From Tubiluchus corallicola (Eukaryota > Animalia > Priapulida): a stretch of 64,000 nucleotides of DNA. Shown in pieces: positions 55,101 through 61,914 of this stretch. The notes beneath the pieces were generated by a model. It did not search any database, was not told the origin of the DNA, and saw nothing but the letters and a program-made list of their open reading frames with translations. Both the position numbers and the translations under genes were made by a program. The DNA lies in contig JAQGDQ010000489.1 in the NCBI GenBank assembly GCA_030141605.1, forward strand, positions 1 to 64,000, given 5' to 3'. The number at the start of each line of letters is the position of its first letter. The stretch's first letter is position 1.

Positions 55101-57951
55101 ATGAGCCTGTTGAAGTTGATGGCCTCGCACCAGTAGAGCCTAAACAAAAGGTATAACACTTTGTTCGGTTTGTAAATTAGTATCTCCACAACAATATACA
55201 AAGTTGGTTCAACTACAGTCATACTTCCATTGTCAAATGTTTCCGCACTCGTACAAACACGTGATGAACACATGCGCGGCGAGCCGAGTGTAAGCGACCA
55301 CGACCGAAAGTAGTCACGCACTACATTTGAATCGCCTAACATCGCTAAGTGCTTTCTACGCTTATTTTTCTCCGCTTTTTCCATACAGGAACAATTATGT
55401 TTTTCTTTCTAAGTAATTCTATTTTGTTTTTCTTATCAATAATATCATGTCTACTGTTTGAATAAACATTTTTGCATTATTATATTTCGTTTTGGTAATA
55501 CTTTACAGTTCATTTGGTGCTTGAGAACGGATTATTTGCTTTTATGTTATTTCTTATGGGAATAAATGATTCAGTACTCGAACAAATCGGTTTTCAAACA
55601 CTTTTGAGGAACGAATTATGGTCGAAAACAGAGGTACAACTGTATTGCACTATCTCCGTCAATCGTGCTGCAGTCATGACAAGTTTTTTCTAATGGTGTC
55701 AGTAACCCCTAGTTTCGTGTTATGAATGTAAAATTTCAACCATGATAATGTGATAACGAAGTAATCTTTTATAAATGCAAACATTTTGCTAATAAGCCTT
55801 TTCACAGTTCCAGCGATTGATGATGATCGTGAAAAGGTCAAAGGTTAAGTGTACCGGACAACGCATTTGTGAACAATTGACAATGCTTCGCAGCCCGTGC
55901 TACTGTAATAGTAACAGTTTTAACAGCTAGCTAGAACCTTGCTTAGTTCATTTTTTTTGTTCCCAAGCAAAATCCTGCTAGTAAATCACTCTACGCACAA
56001 TCTAATGCACAATTAAGCAAATTCCAGATTAAAAACTGAAGTTACTGAACTGATGCAACAGACTGCTTTTCTCTACCCACATATTACGTGACGGTTGCAG
56101 GTAAGACGCGTTGCTGTGGTACTCTTAACCTTTGAACTACAGCAACTGCATGTGCCGTGCACACGACTGAAACCACGAAAGGCTTATTACAGACTCCTAT
56201 GACAAAATCTTTATCATGAGGTTCTACTACCTTCATCTTCGATGCTTTTGAAAAGCGGAACTTGGACTTTAACGGACTGCAAAACTGAGGCACTTTCTCG
56301 GCAAGTTTCTCCACGATCGGAGATTTAGCACCCATGATACGCAACTGCGTCAGAATAGCACTGGCCATGGCAATGCTAAAACAAAAACTGCTATCAATTA
56401 CATGTTTGCACAACACAACAATAAACAAAGCAGAAGGCTTGAGTCCGTGCCAAGGTGCTGCAATACAATACAATGGAATGTAATGTGATGTAATGTAATG
56501 GAATGTAATGCATATAATGTAATATAATGCAATGTAATATGTAATGTAATTTAATGTAATGCAATGCAATATGTAATGTAATGCAATGTAATACAATGTA
56601 ATGTAATGTAATTTAATGCAATGCAATATGTAATGTAATGTAATGCAATATAATATAATATAATGTAATGTAATGCAATGTAATGTAGTGTAATGCAATA
56701 TAATGTAACGCAATGTAATGCAATATAATGTAATGCAATGTAATATAATGTAATGTAATATAATGTAATGTAATGCAATGTAATATAATGCAATGTAATG
56801 TAATGTGATGCAATGTAATATAATGTAATGTAATGCAATTAATATAATGTAATGCAATGTAATATAATGTAATGTAATGCAATGTAATATAATGTAATGT
56901 AATGCAATATAATGTAATGTAATGTAATGCAATGTTATGTAATGCAATGTAATATGTATTGTAATGTAATGTAATGCAATGTAATACAATATAATATAAT
57001 GTAAAGTAAAATTTATTTACATAGTTCACTACAATACCTAAAACCTCAGCACACTGAACAATTAAATGCATTTAAAATTCATAATATATATCAAAATTTA
57101 ATATACATTTAAGAGTGATTAAAAAGTACAATCTAAATAAACGTGTTTAAAAGAACGCAGACCATACAGGCAACAGACAAGCTATTCCAGACATGTGGAA
57201 CGCAGACGGAAAAAGCTTTTTCACAGTATTCCTGGAATACTGTATTAGGAAGTGGATGATAAAAACTAATTTGGTCATTAATAGAACGAAGTCATTAGAA
57301 CGAAGTGTTCTGTCTATATTATATCGAATCAAAAGATATGTGAGATATGCAAACCATAGAGCACTTTGTAGGTGTTACAAAGAATTTTAAACTGAAAATT
57401 AAATTGAATTTAAATTAAAAACTATACATTCATATCTCGGTTTGCGGGGAGGGGAGACGTTGGTCTGAATTTGCCGATTATCCGTAGTTACCGATACTAA
57501 GCTACTACAGTAGACACTGTGTATTAGACTCACGGCAATGTAGAATCAGTCGCCTAATTGTCTCACAAACATCTAGTACAGGCCGCTGCTATGAAAAGTA
57601 TATAAAGATTGACTCAAGTAGCTAAGCATAATTGACTCGATATTTTTTTGCACTTGCTTAAATAAGATACTTTTGTGCGGCCAATGAGCCTTTATTAATT
57701 TATTGTCGTCTTACTTTGCTTTTATCCACTATAATGTACCTAGAAACAATCACATTAAACACAGTGTCGCTACATGTTGCTTGGTTACACTGATGTAGAC
57801 GTAAACAAAGTGATGGCCCGCCAACTAGCGTTTAGCTTGCAAGATAACGGACAGCGTCCGTAGTATGCAGGACTTTTTAACGGTCCAGATTTTGTCCGAA
57901 TCTTCCGACGTCTGTAAAAGCGCGGTCCGGCAAACCGAGATACGAGTGTAC

Positions 57952-58026
<75 letters not shown>

Positions 58027-61000
58027 AATAATAATAATAATAACAATAATAATAATAATCTTTATTTAAAGTCGGCTTTTGGGTCAGCAATTAACATTAG
58101 CTCAAAGAGCTATTATCGCCGACTGCAAATAACAACCTACAACTACATAACAGAGACTATTATTACCCCACTTTTACCCTAAATACCATGCGTCCGGCAG
58201 GGCAACAGCAGGTACCATTTTTAAAGTCTTTGGTATGACCCGGCCGCTGGTTCGAACTCACGACCTCCCAGACGGAAAGCAGACGCATTACCACTAGACT
58301 AAGCCGTCTGGTTGCTACAGATCTATCAACTGTAATAAACTGTTTATGTTACCTCCTTCCACTATTGTTCTCATAATCTTCAGACAATTGTTCAAGGTGA
58401 GGCAGCAAAGTCTGCTCTGCTATCTTTAACTCTTTACTTCGCTCCATGTTGTCGTGTAATTGATGGTCGCCATAGATACTGCCTAAACCTGGAAAAGTAG
58501 AGCCACAATTATTCAAGTTCACGCGTGCATTTTTATAAGCGAAAGCTAAAACCGGGGTTTCACGGAGTTCGAGGTTTCCGCGACTAACCGGAAATGTCTA
58601 CGTGCAACAGTCGCCAAACATAAGCCGAAAAGTTCCTCACATAATTGTAAAGCATTCACGGCTGTTTGCCGGTGTCGCCGGGCGTGGCTAAAAATTTTAA
58701 TGTTATAAGTTTGTTTCCACTGTCACAAAACTCGCCACCTCACAAAAACTTCGCCAAACTTATGCGAAACTTGTAAAGTTATCCGAACATGCGCCACATA
58801 CCTGTACAAATTTGTCACCATTTATTTGCGATGTTCTGCAACACAGACAAAGTTTGCAAAAATCTGCGAAACATTTTGAGACGCTTTTGAGAATGTGCGC
58901 TGGTTTTGCGACCATTTTACAACATTTTGGAGAACTTCGGTTGTTTCTCTCTTCTCTCTACGAAAATTCAGCGAAACTGTGAAACAGTTGCAATACACTC
59001 GCTCGAATACGACACACAACAGTTGCCTTGTTGCATAAGTCTCACAGAAATCGCCAAATATGCACAAACATTTTTGCGATTTCCGCCCGAGAAAATAGCC
59101 TGAAATTCGCAAAAATTTGGCGAAAATCTAACGAAGTTATTCATAATTTCGCACTTATGCTTTGCGACAAAAGACAGTGGTGGAATTCTTTTGGCGACCG
59201 TAGCAAATTTTCAATCATTGCAAAAAAAAGTCGCGGAAAAGGCCCCGTAAAACGCTGGGTTAACGCGTACATAAGAGTTTTTCAAACTTAAACAATCACC
59301 ACACAAGTACACAAAAAAAAACTTGAATTTAACGAGTTTATCTATTGTAAGTGACGTGCATACCTAAAGCTCGTTTATTTCTAAAATCCGCAAGCATTTC
59401 ATTCACATCACTCTTAGCTAAATGTCGGGCCGTGCGGAAGATTCTGCGTAGTTGATCATAGCTTTCTTGAGACTGCGCCAGCACAGTATCGACTTCCGTA
59501 CAAACACTTTCGTCTACGTTTACACGCAGAGGCTGCAAAACGAGTCAAATAATCAGCGGTAACCCCATCTATTGTGCAATACGTAAAACAAAACATGAGT
59601 AAATTTACGAAAGCGAGAATGGAAACAAAAATATGCCGCCATTTGTGAGTTTTGCGATACGGCAGCATAATACACAGTTTAGTTATTGGTAGATTTAGGA
59701 ACAATGAACAATGAACTAGAAACAATGCGTCTTCCCAGGCTTGTTCTAAACCAGGGGTGTGCAAATTATCTGACTAGCCGGGCCACATTAAACTTTCCCG
59801 TAATTCCTGCGGGCCACAGGCAGTTTTGATCAAGGAACCAAGTACAGTAGGGCCTAATAACGATTTTTTTTGCATCCGACCTGCGTACATCATTACTACT
59901 ACACTCAAGAAACTATTTTAGAAGTTATTAAAATTTATATTACAAACCATATATTTCTACTTTCAGGACAGATAGTGGTAATTTCATTACAAAGCATATT
60001 AGTAATGTGTATCACACAGTCTGTGTAGTACAGTGTTATTAAGCTACAACCGTCTTGTAAATGTTAATGGCATCCGATCTAGTAGAAAAAAACTACCTGC
60101 ACTATCTTTGGGATCGTGGTACGGACTTCAGCTGGATACACTCAATTAATCGCCCGGGCCGCACTTTCATTAGGTTGACAAATCTTTTTGCGGGCCGCAC
60201 AAAGTCTCTCGGCGGGCCGCAATTTGCACACCCCTGTTCTATACAATATCATAGTGCTAAACAAGATGATTCTAGCTATCAAATACACAAAGTAGGCACA
60301 TTAATAATGAAAGTAAGCTTTAATTGTGGTCGCAGTTACTGCCGTGTCAACTACTGCCTTATTTACATACAAAAATAAGATATTACTTACTTCAATTCCT
60401 TATGCTAACCTAAACATATTCTTAAACCTTATCCTTAGGCTGTATCCTTAAACTTTATCAAAGACCTTCATACAACATGCACATTTCTTTACCTCCAAAC
60501 TGTGAGTATGTAAAGATCTATGAACCTCGTGAAAACGGCACGGATTAGTTACTGTTTTTTACTTACGCAATTCGGTACAAGGAATGTAGAATGGATTTCG
60601 TACGCCCATCTTCTCATCTCCTTTGCACTACCTTGTAAGTAAGCTTCGGTGACAAGATAGAACAACTAGAAAGTAAATTATGTTGAACACAAAATAATGT
60701 AAATAATTCAGGAACAAAAGCAGAAACAGTTTTTCATTAATATTACGTATTTTGGTAAGCCAGTGGTGCACGCTGGGAAGGTGAGTCGGTTGTGCACGCT
60801 GGGAAGGTGAGTCGCTGGTGCACGCTGGGAAGGTGAGTCAGTGGTGCACACTGGGAAGGTGAGTCAGTGGTGCGCACTGGGAAGGTGAGTCAATGGTGCA
60901 CACTGGGAAGGTGAGTCAGTGGTGTACACTGGGAAGGTGAGTCAATGGTGCACACTGGGAAGGTGAGTCAATGGTGCACACTGGGAAGGTGAGTCAGTGG

Positions 61001-61678
61001 TGTACACTGGGAAGGTTAGTCAGTGACATTCAACAGCTGGCTCAAACATTTTAAATTAAGATTTTTTTTCCAATTACATAAGTCCTCCAAACAGCTAATG
61101 CTTAGTGATACAACTTTGTATGAAAAGTCTTTTGAGATAATATCTAAAATCCACTTTCTTTCCTCTTTTAAAAGCAAAAACTTGAATGTAAAAAGTAAGT
61201 AGCAACAAAAACGTAGTTTCATACTAACCAAAGAACAAGGATCGCTGTTCGATATCAAGTAGTGCAGGAAGACTGCAAGATGAGCTGGCTTCTCTAAAAG
61301 CTTTAGTAAAGAATTAAATGGACCATGGTCATCAACCTACGTGCAAAATAATAATCGATTTAGTCTTAACGAATGTGAGGGCGAAACGAATGTTTTTAGT
61401 ACAGAGTGAAATTTGCAGGTAAACTATTTATATTTATTCACGAAACCAAATGTAGTAATCTAACACTGGTATATAAAACTTATGACAATGACATATGAAT
61501 GTAAATAATGCAATTACACATTTGCAACACTTTTTAACTCGGCCCCTAGATGGCAGATGAAAAAAATCAGTCGGTCACCATAGCAACGCGAGCTCTACCA
61601 ACATGAAGTCTGCACTGTGATGACAGAAGTTACAGCAAGACAATGCAACGAATGCACGCAGCGGGAAGAGAGAGAAAC

Positions 61679-61775
<97 letters not shown>

Positions 61776-61821
61776 AGGGAGGGAGGGAGGGAGAGAGGAG
61801 AGAGAGAGAGAGGGAGGGAGG

Positions 61822-61859
<38 letters not shown>

Positions 61860-61863
61860 AAGG

Positions 61864-61914
<51 letters not shown>

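Noticed and set aside
56084-57071. HYITL-repeat ORFs of 95-301 aa
   Set aside because: They translate the (AATGT)n microsatellite. Only 56231-56375 is a real RhoGEF exon.
57785-58182. Poly-Tyr/Cys, poly-Leu and poly-Asn ORFs
   Set aside because: They derive from the trinucleotide tail of a SINE.
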